From: Schmidtea nova | Lineage: Eukaryota | Assembly: GCA_044892505.1 (NCBI GenBank) | Contig: CM097882.1 | Coordinates: forward strand, 196,540,001-196,604,000 | Direction: 5' to 3' | DNA: 64,000 nt | Shown: in pieces, positions 24,001-37,974 of the stretch | Layout of the letters: each line of letters begins with the position of its first letter | Position numbering within the stretch: position 1 is the first letter of the stretch | Position numbers and translations under genes: made by a program | Notes under the pieces: model-generated | Database searches by the model: none | What the model was told of the DNA's origin: nothing | The model's input: the letters and a program-made list of their open reading frames with translations, nothing else

Positions 24001-27000
24001 TTTTGTAATTTATCTGATTGCATTGTAAATTGATTAAAAACTGTTTTTCGAATAAAATTGGATTGGAAAATTTAATAAATTAAATGTCTTCGAATTCGAG
24101 AGTTTTTGATCGTTATATGACTATTTATTCAGCCGAAGGCAGATTATTTCAGGTCGAATATGCATTTAAAGCGATTGCGTTAGATGGATTACTTTCTGTT
24201 GGTGTTCGAGATAATGATTGTGGCGTAGTTGGTACACAAAGAAAAGTCCCAGATAAAATGAATGAAAAGAGTTCAGCTACAAGATTATTTAACATAACTG
24301 AAAGTACCGGTTGCGTTAGGACTGGAATGATTCCTGATTGCGGATCGGAAGTATGCCGTGCACAAATGGAAGCTGCACGATTTAAATGCAAAATTGGTTA
24401 CGAAATGTCCTGTGACATGATTTGTCGATGTATTGCCGATATTAATCAATTGTACACTCAATCAGCTGCAAAGATGCCATAAGGCTGTTCAATGATCGCA
24501 TTTTCTTATGATAAGGAGATGGATAAGCCACTGTTATTCAAAACCGATCCAAGTGGATTTGTAGCTGGTCGTCGAGCTGTTGCGGTCGGTGGAAAACAGT
24601 TGGAAGCTAAAAGCTATGGGGAAAAGAAGCTTCGTAAAAATTCAGAATTTTCAAAAAGAGAGGAGATCAATCGGAGCTGGACGCGGCGAACCATACGTAA
24701 ATAAATTTATTTCAAAATATAACATTTGTGGTATGTTGTTTGTTTTAGCGCATTCTGTGGAATAATATGTTAAATTATAATTTCTCTACTGTTTATTTCA
24801 ACCTTCAGTCGGTGCATTTGGGGTCGACTGGACCCCGGTCATTGTAATGTGCGACTCAATAAGTTTTACACCAAATAAATATGCCAGGCCACTAGAGTTG
24901 CCTCAACTATAGTATTACACACGCATTACTGAAAGGGATATCGAAAAAACATTATAAATTCTTACAAAATATATGAAAATATACATAGGGTAAGATTGAC
25001 CCCTTTGCACAGACCATAGAAAATTTACTGTGCACAGACTGAAGGTTAAATAAAAGATTTTATTTCAGCTTAGGTGACTATCGAATGTGTATTGTGATTT
25101 TAATTGTATTATTCTGTTCATCATTTATATAATTTATATAAATAACTACAATTGAACTAATAAAGATTGTAAAAAATTGTCACTAATCCATGGTCGGACA
25201 TCCTAATGCAGATACATAGGACCTTTACAATCATGATTAATGAAAATGCGATGAAACATCTATGCGGCTTGGAGGCTGATCATAAGGTCCTGGTGGGATC
25301 GAATTTTTACAAGGAACAGATGAAAGCCAAATAAGTTCGATGAAGAAACAACGAGTATTTTATGATCAATTTGCTCGTGATTGTTACTAATCACTTATAT
25401 TTCCCTATCATATAGTCAGCTCCGTATGTACAAATACCAGAATCTTGATCTCAGATAACATTTGTTATTTGAATAGATTTTTTATAAAACTTTCTTCAGC
25501 AGTAATGTAGGTTGCTGATTTCAGAAATGCTCTTCTTGTATATTTTGTAATTCGAAATCTATAAATCTTAAGGACATTTATAATATAGCTTCATTTGTTA
25601 TATTCGTTGATCCGTAGAGTTTTAACACATTACAGGAATTCATGAAATGTTCGCACTAGTTGATGTTTTATATCATCAGAAAGGGAACTTATTTGTCAAC
25701 TTACGGTATCGATATACATTAATATTTTGTTTATTCTCGTTACATGTTCTGAACCGAACAGTTCACTGCAATTATCTTCCAAATGATGCTTAAATAAAGT
25801 TTCCCGAATAACCCTTTCCTTCTTAGCAATAAGTTAAGCAGTAAAAAGGAGCTTTCTAAACACGTTTTGTCTAATAAAACAAATTTTATCAGATCGGAAG
25901 CTTTAAATTCGTTTTACTTTCTTTTAAAAAAGTCCGCCGGATTATTATTTATATTGAATATGATTGGTTTCTAAAAGACTTCATAATTGTGGTAGATCTG
26001 TTCTATATCCTGTTTTACACATAAATCCGTAATTTATAAATTTGTCAAAGATAAAGGAGACTATTAGTAGTTGTATATTCGACTTTTTTGCGTAGGTTTC
26101 CTTTTACCATTCGATGTACTTGGTTCTACGATTTCTGTACGATGCAATCGCACAACTACAGATTAAGTAAATAAGATCTTATTTAAGGATAACAAAATTG
26201 TCGAGCTTGATAAGCATGAAAACGACATGTTAAAAGGCAATAGGATATTTTAAATTAGTTTTATTAATTAATATGGAAGATTGGGAAAACAATTGATACT
26301 TCTCGCAAATGGATATGATTAATATTGGGCTAGCCTATATAAACGGAGATAAAATTGTCTACATTTGATATAATTTTCGGTAATGAAATTTGTCAAAAGT
26401 GATTTACAACGAGAGTTGAGAGATTTCAGTGACATATTGCTTATCCCACTTGAAAATCTTTTTTTATTGTGAAATAAGTACTTTTATTAATTAACTAACA
26501 GTATTAAAAATTAATTGAAATTCATTGTTTGATTTTCTAAAATTATCAAAGTATATAATTTAATCGCGTATTTTTGATTTTATCTATAAATTTTGGCAGA
26601 AAAGGCGTGCAAATTAATTTACTAGTGTTGGAAACGTCAGACAACCACAAAAAGATCTCAGACACTGAGTGATGGACTTGTCAGTCTACAAGTGTATTTT
26701 TCGGGCTTCCCTGATAAGTAGCCCTCAAATTTTATTTAAGAAAATTTCTGCTCCGAGGTTGCAGGGAAGGTCATTTTGGACGAGCCACGCCTGGGGACGA
26801 CGATTTATCTCCGTCACTTTTCTTATATTTTATCGTTATTGTAGCCAGTAATGGATTTCTAAATTTCAGGTTCAGGAATATTGGGATCGTAAAGGATTTC
26901 AAGAACAAGGGGAACATAAGGGACATAGGGTAAACTGTAGGTTTGAAGAGCACCGGGAACATTAGGAGCATTCAGGACATCAGGAGCGTAAAAGGCTTCA

Positions 27001-30000
27001 TCTTTATCGGGGATATCAGGAAATTGTTATCTTCGGGTGTCTCAGAAACATCAGTAAACATCATAATCTCTATTATGGACATCAGGAAAATTGTGATTTT
27101 TGAGCGTTTTATGAACATCGGGAAATATTATCATCTTTATCTGGTACATCAGGGAAATTGGGATCTTCGGATGTTTTAGGATTATAGGAATAGAGAACAT
27201 CGTGGACATTGGGAACATTGGAAATGTCAAGATTATTCCATGAAATATGCGTACACCATTTGATCAAAGATCTTTTCGTTTGGTGTAATCAGACAATATC
27301 CCATAAAAAAGTAATAATGTGTAATTCCGGCTTCCATAAAAAACCCTCTCATTTCTCTTTCACAAAGTTGTAGGGTTTTCTGTATCTCACGCCTCTTCAA
27401 ATAAAGAAAGAGTCACTAATATTGAAGGTCGTAGTAGGATGTATCTGAAGGAGGGTTATATTTTATTTTTAGTTGCTTTTTTATGTCCGTGATTTGAGTA
27501 AAGGTACCAAACATGTCAAAGTGAGGATGGTTGTCATTGTTCAGGTATTTCTCTTCTCTCTTTTTTTGTCTTTATAATATTCGGTATGCAGTATCTCTAT
27601 GTATGCAATGGGTAATATTGTTAGTGTTTTCAGTTTTAGATCTTTTTGAGTTACGAAAGGAAACCAGGAGACTATGTTTTGGTTTCCTTGATAAGTTGAA
27701 GAATGTTGTATAGAAAAAAAGAAGATAAAAGACAACAAATGAATGTCTAAACCTTTATCAGAATAATGCCAGGCCCTATATGACTGCAGTCACAACCAGC
27801 AAGTTACGAGATCTCGTTTTGAGTCTTTTTATTTCATTGTACTATCCAGTCCTGATACCTTTGGATTTTTATCTTTTCTCGGCTCTGAAAGTTGCTTTGA
27901 AGGGACAAATTACATTAATACTTAAAAGTTTCGAAAGAATATTCAAATATAAATCAATGCAAAACCACAATTATTTTTTGAAACTGGCATAACATTTCCT
28001 TAATTACAGCGATGCACAAATCGTGATGAAAACTATTTCGAATTCCTGAGATGATGATAAATAAATAAATTTATTCCGATAACTCAACAAAAACGTTGTT
28101 TTCAATTTTGCAATTACAGGTTTAATTTCTTTTATGGTAAGTTAATCCTTGTACAAGTTTTAGCAATTCAAAACGTATGAAAATATTTTATATATGATAT
28201 TTAATGCTTCAAAAATTGTCTTTAAATCATTGATAATAAGTAGGAGGCTATGCCAGGTTTAAACCCTACCCCCCATAATCGTTCGTGATTTACATAGAAC
28301 ACATGATTCACCTGCCTGATCCGGGTTTCAGTGTAATAGTGGATAGGTAAAATTTAATTGTTTACAAGTTGGCTTGATTTAAAATTCAAAATGTTGTGTA
28401 TTCTGTTCGTGTTTTCTTATTTTTGTAAGTTTTAAATATTGTTGGGTTATGGGGATGCTGGTGAAATGTAAAAGTTACCAATCAAATCTCTGACTCCAAA
28501 GGTGCTTTATTTAATCCACAAAATAACAATTCTCAGACAATATAAACCTTTATTGATTATCACAGTTAGTTATACGAATTATAATACAACGATTAATTCA
28601 ATCCTCAAATAGGTAATTATACGGAGCTTATTGCAACACTTCGTGAGGAATAACTCCAAGCGTATAATAACCAAATTCACTATCAATCATTAGCCGCCGA
28701 TTGACTCAACAATTGGGTAAATTGCTATCGATTGCCTTCGTGCTTTGGTTTGACTTTGATAACTGCTCTGACTCTTATTCAATTAAAATATTTTTTATTC
28801 AGTTCAATTAAATTATCTCGATCTCGGTTCTTTACTTCTTTTCTTCTTTTATCGTTTTCTAATTGGCCGCAACTCAATTCTCTTCTTAATTACAACTCGA
28901 AATTTCCACTGTAATTTTCAAATATCGTATAACTTCGCTAATTTCAAATTTTAGTTACTACTTTTCTTCTCCAACTTCGCTTCCACTTTGCTTCTCCAAT
29001 TTTACTTCTGATTTAGTTCAGATTGCCTTCGCTTTTTATAGTTCGTCATCGTACGTCACTCATGGCACTTTGCCTTTGCCACTCCTGTCTCTGGCATTTT
29101 CTATTTTCTCTCGACAACTCACATGTTGCCCCTGACAGTTCGGCACTCGGGACAACTTATTTTTTTCCATTTCTACTTCCGAAATTTCCCATAGTTTTTT
29201 AGAGCTCCCATGCTGTCTTTGACAGCTCGGCGCTCGGGCTAATTTGTTTTTTCCTTTTTTCCGCCCGGCCTGTTTTCTTTTTGTTCGCGTTATCTCCGAC
29301 AAGCTGTCGAGATAAGTATATTGTTATTGTTTCTGTTTTTCCCGATTCTGAAATTCATTTTCTTTTTGTACTAATTAATTAGTGCTGACTTTTGTTTTTG
29401 TTTGATTTCTTTTGTCTGATTCCTCTTTCTCATTTTTTTATTTCTGTTTTCTTTTCCGAGTTCCCATTAACCGTCTCATTCGTCATGATGATTTTCCCCC
29501 AGGTAATTTTTATTTATTCATTCATAAATTTGTTATTTAGGTATCATCAACAATATTTAAAGTAACTTTTTTGAGTTTTCATTGTAATAATTTATAAATA
29601 AAATTTAACTTTATACAAAATTGCGTCATTCAAAATTTGAAAGTTGTCGTATTTTGTGATGCACACGTGTTTTATATTAAAATATTAAATTTTTCAGTTA
29701 CTTAGCATAGATTTGTTGAATATTTATTGTAATCGTGTATAGATATAATTTAATATTTACTTAATATTTTTAAAAATGTTTTGTGTGTTTGATATTGACA
29801 ATTATAATGTATTTTATCAAAATTAATTACAATAATTTTATACAAATTACTGAAAGAAATTTAAACTGACTTAATTACAGAAATTACTGCAAGCTCTGAT
29901 TTATTGAAATATTTGATCTTATTTATTGTAATAATATGACTTGAATACAATTGATTGAAATACATTAAAAACTTTGATGTAAATTATAATTTGTAGAAAT

Positions 30001-33000
30001 AAGATTATGTTTTAAATGTTAGCACCAAATCGTGTTTTAAAAAGTTTTTAATTTTTTAAAATATTAAAACGTAATATATGTTTAGTCATAATTCTCTATC
30101 CCTTTCTAGAATTTCATTGGATGATAAAAATAAATTTCCTACCCTTACTCGATTCTGTTTCACTAATAAAAATAAATTTTCTTCCCTTTACTCGACTTTA
30201 ATTGGTCAGAAGTTATATTGTAGTGCAAGCCATTTTATAAATAATTAAATTCTGCCTATCCATTGTTACACTGAAAACCCGATCGGTTAATCGAGTCGAA
30301 AAAAGGTATTTGAAGATTTGTAGTAGGGGGTTATGAGTGGTCTGAACATCCTAGATATGTGAATTCGTATATTTTCAATTAAATTAAAAATAAAATTCGT
30401 ATATATTTTTACTCTCTCTATATTAACTTCGCGTTTGATTGATTGTGCTACGCCAATTTTGCGACGGCAAATTAACCAACTTCCTATGATAGGATCAAGC
30501 TAGAATTTGTCAAGTAGATTCGATGTCGAGAACACTACATGTTATTAAAATTTCAGATTGATCCAATCACGGAAAGTGGGTTAATTAAAAAATGTTGATA
30601 TGTCAAATCTAGTGTTATTTCCTTATTTCAATATAAATTCTTATTTATTTATTGACTTAACTTATATCTAAAATATGTTATATAAGTTTGAATAAATATT
30701 TCATAGCTTTGAAAACGCATATTGAAATTACAGTTTTGATAAAAATTAAGATAGTGAAATATAGAGAGTTTTAAAAACAATTTCAGTTAATTTAAATAAA
30801 AAATCATTTTTTAAACACGAAAAAAATTAATTTTAACAAAGATAAGTAATTATATAATCATATATAATTACACAATCACATGATTACATAAGTATATTTA
30901 GTTACGTAACAATGACATCATTATATATTATATACAAAACCCGGTCAGTTATGTAATACACACACGTGGAAGTGGTTTTTGACTTGACATAGTCTCCTAC
31001 TATAATAATATCCAATATTGAGTATTATTTATTTCATTTATGAATATCTTTAATCTTTGTGTTCCATCCTTGAAAAGATAACCCTTTAACCCTTTCTAAG
31101 GAGAAGGAAACTAAAAGTGATGTAGGTCACACACACTTGTCTGTCAGCTGTCAATAAATATAGCGGGAAAACACATCTATAGTTTCAAATACTATAAATT
31201 TGCTCTCTTGTGGCTCAATATATGTCAGTAGTTGTACCAAAAGTAAAAATGATTACCGACAGCGTTACATTTAGATATTTTTATTAGTTTAAAATGGTGT
31301 ACAGTATATTGCCCCCACCTTAGAAAGGGTTAAAAGATAAAAATAACTAAAGGCATAAATTTCATTGCAAAATTATTTGTCACTTAGTTGCAGCATATTT
31401 AATAGGGAGTATTTAATTTTAAAAATAAATTTAAAAAATAAAAATGTTTTTATATTTTTCTAGACTATAGATAAAAAACAATTTTGATTTATAGGCTTTA
31501 TATGAAAAAAGAAAAATTTTGAAATAGAAAAATACTTCAAAGGTGAAAATAATTAAAACGTAATTGATAAAAAACACATTGATCCATAATTTTAAAAGTA
31601 CTAAAAATAACGGAAATTAAAATTGAAAATGTTGAAAAAGAGAAAGGATCTGACTGAGATTTTACCAGTTTAAAATTTGTATTTTAAAATTGTTTCTAGA
31701 ACCGTTGATAAATTTATATTTAATAATTAATATAATCCTGAACATAATCATAAATATAAAACTTCATAAATTACCTTCATAATATAAAGGATGAAGACCT
31801 CTCCAAAGATGACACTGTCTACAAGTGATTTTTTCTCTAGTTACAACCAAAATAGGGCATTTAGGGCGATGTCTTGACATTAACTGAGCTGACCTAAATA
31901 AATTTATAAAACAATTCCTAAATAAATAAATTACATACCTGCCAGATGTAGTAACAACTATAATACATCCAGCTAAACTCATTGAAGCTGCTTCAACGGC
32001 AGCAATGGCCACAGAATGGGTAACGTCAATAGGAAGTGTTAAACCATATTTTAAATCTTTTTGCAATTCATCATGAAATGTAACAGCTTCAGCTTCACGG
32101 CAGATCTGATGCATCGTCATCACAGCTTCTAAAGGATATAAACCTTTGGCCGTTTCACCTAGTAATTATAAAATATATTAAGACTTAAATATCTTTTGTC
32201 GATTTGAGAACTTGATACAAAAAATGTCAGATGGAATATCGTTACAATTATTAATTTCAGAGTTCAACAGGTTTGGGCGCAATCGTTCAACAACTCATCG
32301 TCAAAATAGAAGGCTTTGTATTTTACAGTGAACTAATCCAACAGCGTTCTCTCGACAAATCACTCAACAGTTTAATAAACAGTGAAGAATGAGCATTGCG
32401 CCGAGCACAATTAGAACACGCATGCTTTCATAGGGATCGAGGAGTAGATATGCTTAAAAAAAGATTATATAAGTAATTTATAGGAAGAAATACCTGCAAT
32501 TTTCCCAATGCCATCATCGCTGGACAATGCACAATGGCACAAAGTAATTTTCTCTGATGAAGTATCTGTTTCTCCTGTTCAATATTCAAAATGACGTCTT
32601 GTCAAATATTACACAAGTGAAATTTTTTAACTACAAGCAACAGATAAGCAATTAAGTCAGATAGCGGTAAATGAATATGCTGGGGTTACTTTTAAACAAA
32701 AGAGTTGATTCTTTAGTGGAAATATCAAGAAGAATAATAGATGTTCCATCCGCAGATTTGCCCAATACTAATCATTATTTGGACGAATACATACAAAAAT
32801 AAAATTTCCCAGAAAAATGCTCCTATCAACAAATCATTTGTTGTAATTAACCAGTTACAAGAAAAAATGTCGGATTTATAGAATAAACCCCCCCCTCCAG
32901 TCTCCGGATCTCAATCCTACCGAGAATGTGTAAGTTGCATTAACGAAACAATTAGATAAAGCTTAGAAAAATAACCCTAAAAATAATGCTTCGCTAACAA

Positions 33001-35037
33001 ATTCAACAACAAATTCAATTGATCATAAGTTTTAGCCAATCTGATCGAATCAATGCCACACAGGATGGAAGCTACAATTAAAAATTATTGTGCTCCTGCC
33101 AAATATTAATAGATTATTGTGTAATTAATTATTCAACTTAATTTATTGTAGTTTTCCGAACATTTGTATTCTTCTACTTGGATTTATAAATTGTTTATTT
33201 CAAATTTCGTTATGAATTTTCAACTCTTCTATTTATCCTTTTTATGAGATATGTACAATAATTACTGACAGCACTGTATAGAAATGTTAGATTCATGACC
33301 AAGAACTTACAAAATAAATGTAAACGTAAAGAAGTGGGCAATAAACGATGACGCTGAAAACAGGCAAGGGCCCAACAAATTATGAGTGATTTGTATTGCA
33401 TCTTATTTTATAAAACTGTAAATTGGAAAAAAAAATTTCTGATTTTGAAAAAGTTTTTTTTTTGTTAATTAATTTTACTTTAAAATTATTTGGAAAAAGG
33501 TAATTAGAAATGTTAATTATTTAATTTTAATATTTTAATTCAAAATAAATAATAATTATAATAAAATGAAAAGAAATAAATAATAAAAGAAAATTTTACA
33601 GTTTGTTTAAATAAATTATATTTATGACCTACAAAGGTTAGCAAAATAAAATAATATTTTCAATTCCAAGGTAAAATAACAATTCTGTTATAAAAACAAT
33701 TTCATTTTAAATCAACTGAAGTGAAACAATAACAAACATTATTGGTAGATCAGCGAAGAATGTTGAAATTCCAGAAATAAAATTAACGAGAAGTCGTATT
33801 TCTTCGACTATGTAATTCATATCAAAGGTAATGAATCCTAATGACAACAGAAATTCAAATATTTCTTGGACTGTTGAAAATGCTAATAAATGTTTTATAA
33901 AAGAAAAAAGTAGTGTCAGCTCAGGAGATGTGAAAAACTTTTTAAAGCAAGCTTAATTGAGGGAAATCAACAAATTTTAGATTCCTACAGTTTAAAAAAG
34001 TAATTAACAATTAACAAGCTCATTCTAGTTCAAGGGTGGACAAACCACGGTCCATAGGCCGCATATGACCCGCCTAATAATTTTTATGCGACTCGTCAAT
34101 GATTTGGATACAATTCCATTTTTGTTAATTATGATTATCATGTTCTGATGTCCAAAACAATAAAAGAATTATAGGAAGTTAAGACTGAAATATCACATTT
34201 CAAACAAATGACTGCGATGTTTTAAAAAGTGGTTATAAAAAGTATGTAACTCTACTCTACAAGAAAAACAGGGGTGTTTTTAATAAAGTTTTCTTCCTGT
34301 TTTCCTTATCAGTGAGGGTTCGATATGACAATATGGATAATTTATAACAAATAGTGCCTGGGATATTGAACGTAAGAGAGGATAATAAATGAGTTTTAAA
34401 TGTTTAAAAAAAAGTGATGAACCTTTTGATTAGTAAGTTTTATTTTACAATTCAATCTCTACAGAGTGAGTAAGGAGTGCAATCGGCAGAAAACGTACCG
34501 GTACGTTCATATTCTGAGAAGTGCAGTCAGCCATGAACGTACGGGTACGTTCATACTAATCAAAGGGTTAAATCAACTTCTCTATTTAGGATGGGCTTTA
34601 AAATATATAAAAAGTGGGAAGATTAACGAACACGAATAAAATAAATAAAAGATTTAACATTTCAAAATAAAACCTGGGAGAATCGCCTCCAATGTCAAGC
34701 ACGAGACGGATACAGCATATATAGTTATTGTTATCAGTGTTGCAGTGTGTCCGGGATTTACCCGGACCATTCGATATTTGAAACGTGCATCCGGGTGTCC
34801 AGGCAAAACCCAAAAATTTCCGGGTTGTGTCTGAATTGGACTGCCACTTCGATTTGTCGTCAACTAAATAATTTATTTGTCACAAGATATTTTAAATCGA
34901 GTTACCCATATTAATTTATTTCGCGGTTAATTTAAAATTATTTCAAATAAAACGCGAAATTATTTTAGGTATCTCTTCTTGATTTTGTTCTGTACAATGC
35001 GTTTTGTCTATATTTCGGTTGGTACAAACTATATAAA

Positions 35038-35078
<41 letters not shown>

Positions 35079-37914
35079 TATTTTCTTGTTCCAATGATTT
35101 TCTTTTTCTCGTGTTCAAAAATATTTTTTTTTCTCAAATGTCCAGGTCAAAAATTTTTTAAAGGTGGTAACACTGATTGTTATCAATGAAAAATACGTGT
35201 CAATACGGCGAGTTGTACCAATGCGGTCCTCCGTTAAAAGAGTTTGTCCAGCTTTGTTCTAGTTCTTATTTTAAATTATTATGTATTTGTTAAGTTTTTA
35301 GCATGTAGAGCTTTTCTTCGTCACACTGCTTATGAATTTCATGCACTTCATATTGCAACCAATTTAATATTTTTTTTCTATAGAAACATGTAAAACTCAA
35401 ATTTAATTTGAGTCGTATTTTTCTGTAACCTATTAATATAATCACGGTCTTTGGTATATTCATAATATTTGAAACTCTTAAGAATTGGAACTTGATTCAT
35501 ATCAAGTACAATAATAAACATTTACACAAAGTCATTAATTAATTTATTAAAAACCTATTGTATATATTCAAAGAATTAATAAGCTGGTTAATTCTAAAAA
35601 TTAAATAAATAATTAATTTTTAATATTATTTCTTAGAAATAAAAACATTTAAAAATCTAAAAAAGCAACCTGAGAGCATGACACAGTCAGCACCATCTAA
35701 TACTGCATTGGCAACATCACTAGCTTCAGCTCTAGTCGGTCTGGGTTTATAAATCATTGATTCCAACATCTGCGTTGCACATATCACAGGCTTTCCGACT
35801 TTATTGCACTTTCCTATCATCATTTTTTGAGCAATAAATACTTTTTCAGTTGGAATTTCTATTCCTAGATCACCACGGGCCACAAGTATTCCGTCACAAG
35901 CAGCCAATATTTCATCAAATCTATTATTCAAAATTTAATTGAGTTTATATTAAAATATTAAATAAAGATCAAAATAAATATTTTTGGCAAAAAAGCTTGA
36001 CAAATGGTGTGATAATTATAAATAATATTTACTAAGATGATAAAAATCAAGAGAAAATTTAACAGGTGCTTAAAAGAAAACGAAAAATACTAATCAAACT
36101 CAGGAATTTAAAAACTTGGGAAATTAAAAATAGATAATGGTCCAAAGATTCAAACATTATTTTTAGGGAAATGTTTTTATTTATTATTATTTGTTTTAAG
36201 ATAGACACAAGTTTTCTGGTTGTTTAAATGTATGGAAAATAAACATGTTTTGGTGTTTCGGTAGTTTATCCAATGAGTAGTCTGCATGTGTTTTGATTGG
36301 ATTGTATTTATCGTCTGTCTAGGTAGGATGGAGGAAATCTTTATGACTTTCTCGCTCACGATTATGCACCCGAGGATATCCCTAGCACCTCCCTTTTAGA
36401 ACTGTGCATATCGACGTAAGCTGAGCAGTATGTGAGCGTCGAGGTTCGTGACTACTGCCTGCTTGCTCATAATCGGGTTCCTTGACCGATAGAAGGTCTT
36501 ACTGTACTTTGCTGGTCTCTTGTGGTCACGCTCATACTACTATATTCACTCTCATAACTATTATACACGTCGGCGACGACTCGGAGAAAATAGAATTAAC
36601 ACGTGTAACCTTTTATTATTGAAACTATAATTTCTGTGACATCAAAACGGGATGATTTCATTGAGCAGTTCGGACTTGGGTAAAGTGTTCCGTGCGTCCA
36701 CTTGAGCTTCTAATTGTCTTTTGAACGCCTTCTTTTATCTGCGTCGTTTTGATCCGATTTGTTTTCGTTTCGTGCACGAGGCACTTGCGAGTCCGACAAT
36801 AGTGTCAGGGGTGGACGGCGGATGATTTTCGAGTTACTCCACTGTATCAGTCCAATGTTGATAGGTAATGGGTCTTAGCTCCTTTTCTATAAATGACTTG
36901 GTTACCTGGTTGAGGCAATTTCTCAACTCCAGTTTAACGGCGTCGAGTACTGTCTGCACTACAACTGTGGCGCGCTGGGTCCCCTCAGTGCGTTGGAGTT
37001 CTTCGCGCATCTGGTTAGCCGAGAAGTATCGCCTTTCAAACTCGAAGTTTTGTGCACTCAAGCGGGAGATTTTAAACTTTAGTTGGTCAATTTCGATGTT
37101 CTTCTTTGCAAGATATTTCTTTTAACATCTACGCTTCTCTCTGGTTATAGAAACGAACTGGATATCCATTTTCTAACGGAATATTATCATCACAACGGTG
37201 GAACTGGACGTGAGTTAATTCTGATATGGTAATGATTAAAAACTATTTCCATGAGATCTTTATTTCTCCTTAAGTTAGTAATACTTTCCACTCTCAGGGA
37301 TTTAATAAAAAATACAAACACATAAGTAAGACAACAAGGGAAAAATATCCTTTATTACAATGACACGGCAAATATAAGTGATATCTCCTAATCCACATTC
37401 AAAGTGGAGAGGAATACAAATATCCGATGAATGTTCAACCCTCGCCTTATCGTTGCCTGACTGAGGGAGTTGATCGACTGGCTTTGATTGATCTGGTGGT
37501 TCTGTATCTTTGATACCACGCGCGAAGGACGAGGAGGAGTTAACAGAAAAAACCTAATTCATTGAAGTTTTCCTTCGGGATGTATCCCCAATAGAAGAGT
37601 TTATGCGGCCGTCACGATCTGTCTCGAGTTACCACGAACCAGGACTATCTATTCTCGACATCAATAGTCCACCGGGGTCCTCTTCTGTTACATATCTCTT
37701 CCTTTGACCGCATCTCCAAGATAGAAAAAGGGCAACGTGTTTTTAGCTCCCTCCTACATGTCTTCGCCCTGGCATTTACCATTCGACTGATGATGGGCGG
37801 AAGGTTTTTTAACGGGTCAAGCACCCTACGACGTTAGGCCTCAACCTTCTGTTTGGACCTCCATCGGGGGCATTCTCCTCCCGCTCCCACTGCATTTCTT
37901 TTAGATTCTCGTAA

Positions 37915-37974
<60 letters not shown>

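Noticed and set aside
24910-24918. Perfect CRESS nonanucleotide TAGTATTAC
   Set aside because: It lies inside a piggyBac MITE about 16 kb from Rep with no flanking stem; chance match in AT-rich DNA.
28467-29486. Possible solo LTR with internal ~20-nt repeats
   Set aside because: One end has TG and an AATAAA-like U5 on the minus strand, but the other end and TSD could not be matched (TGAAA vs TGATG).
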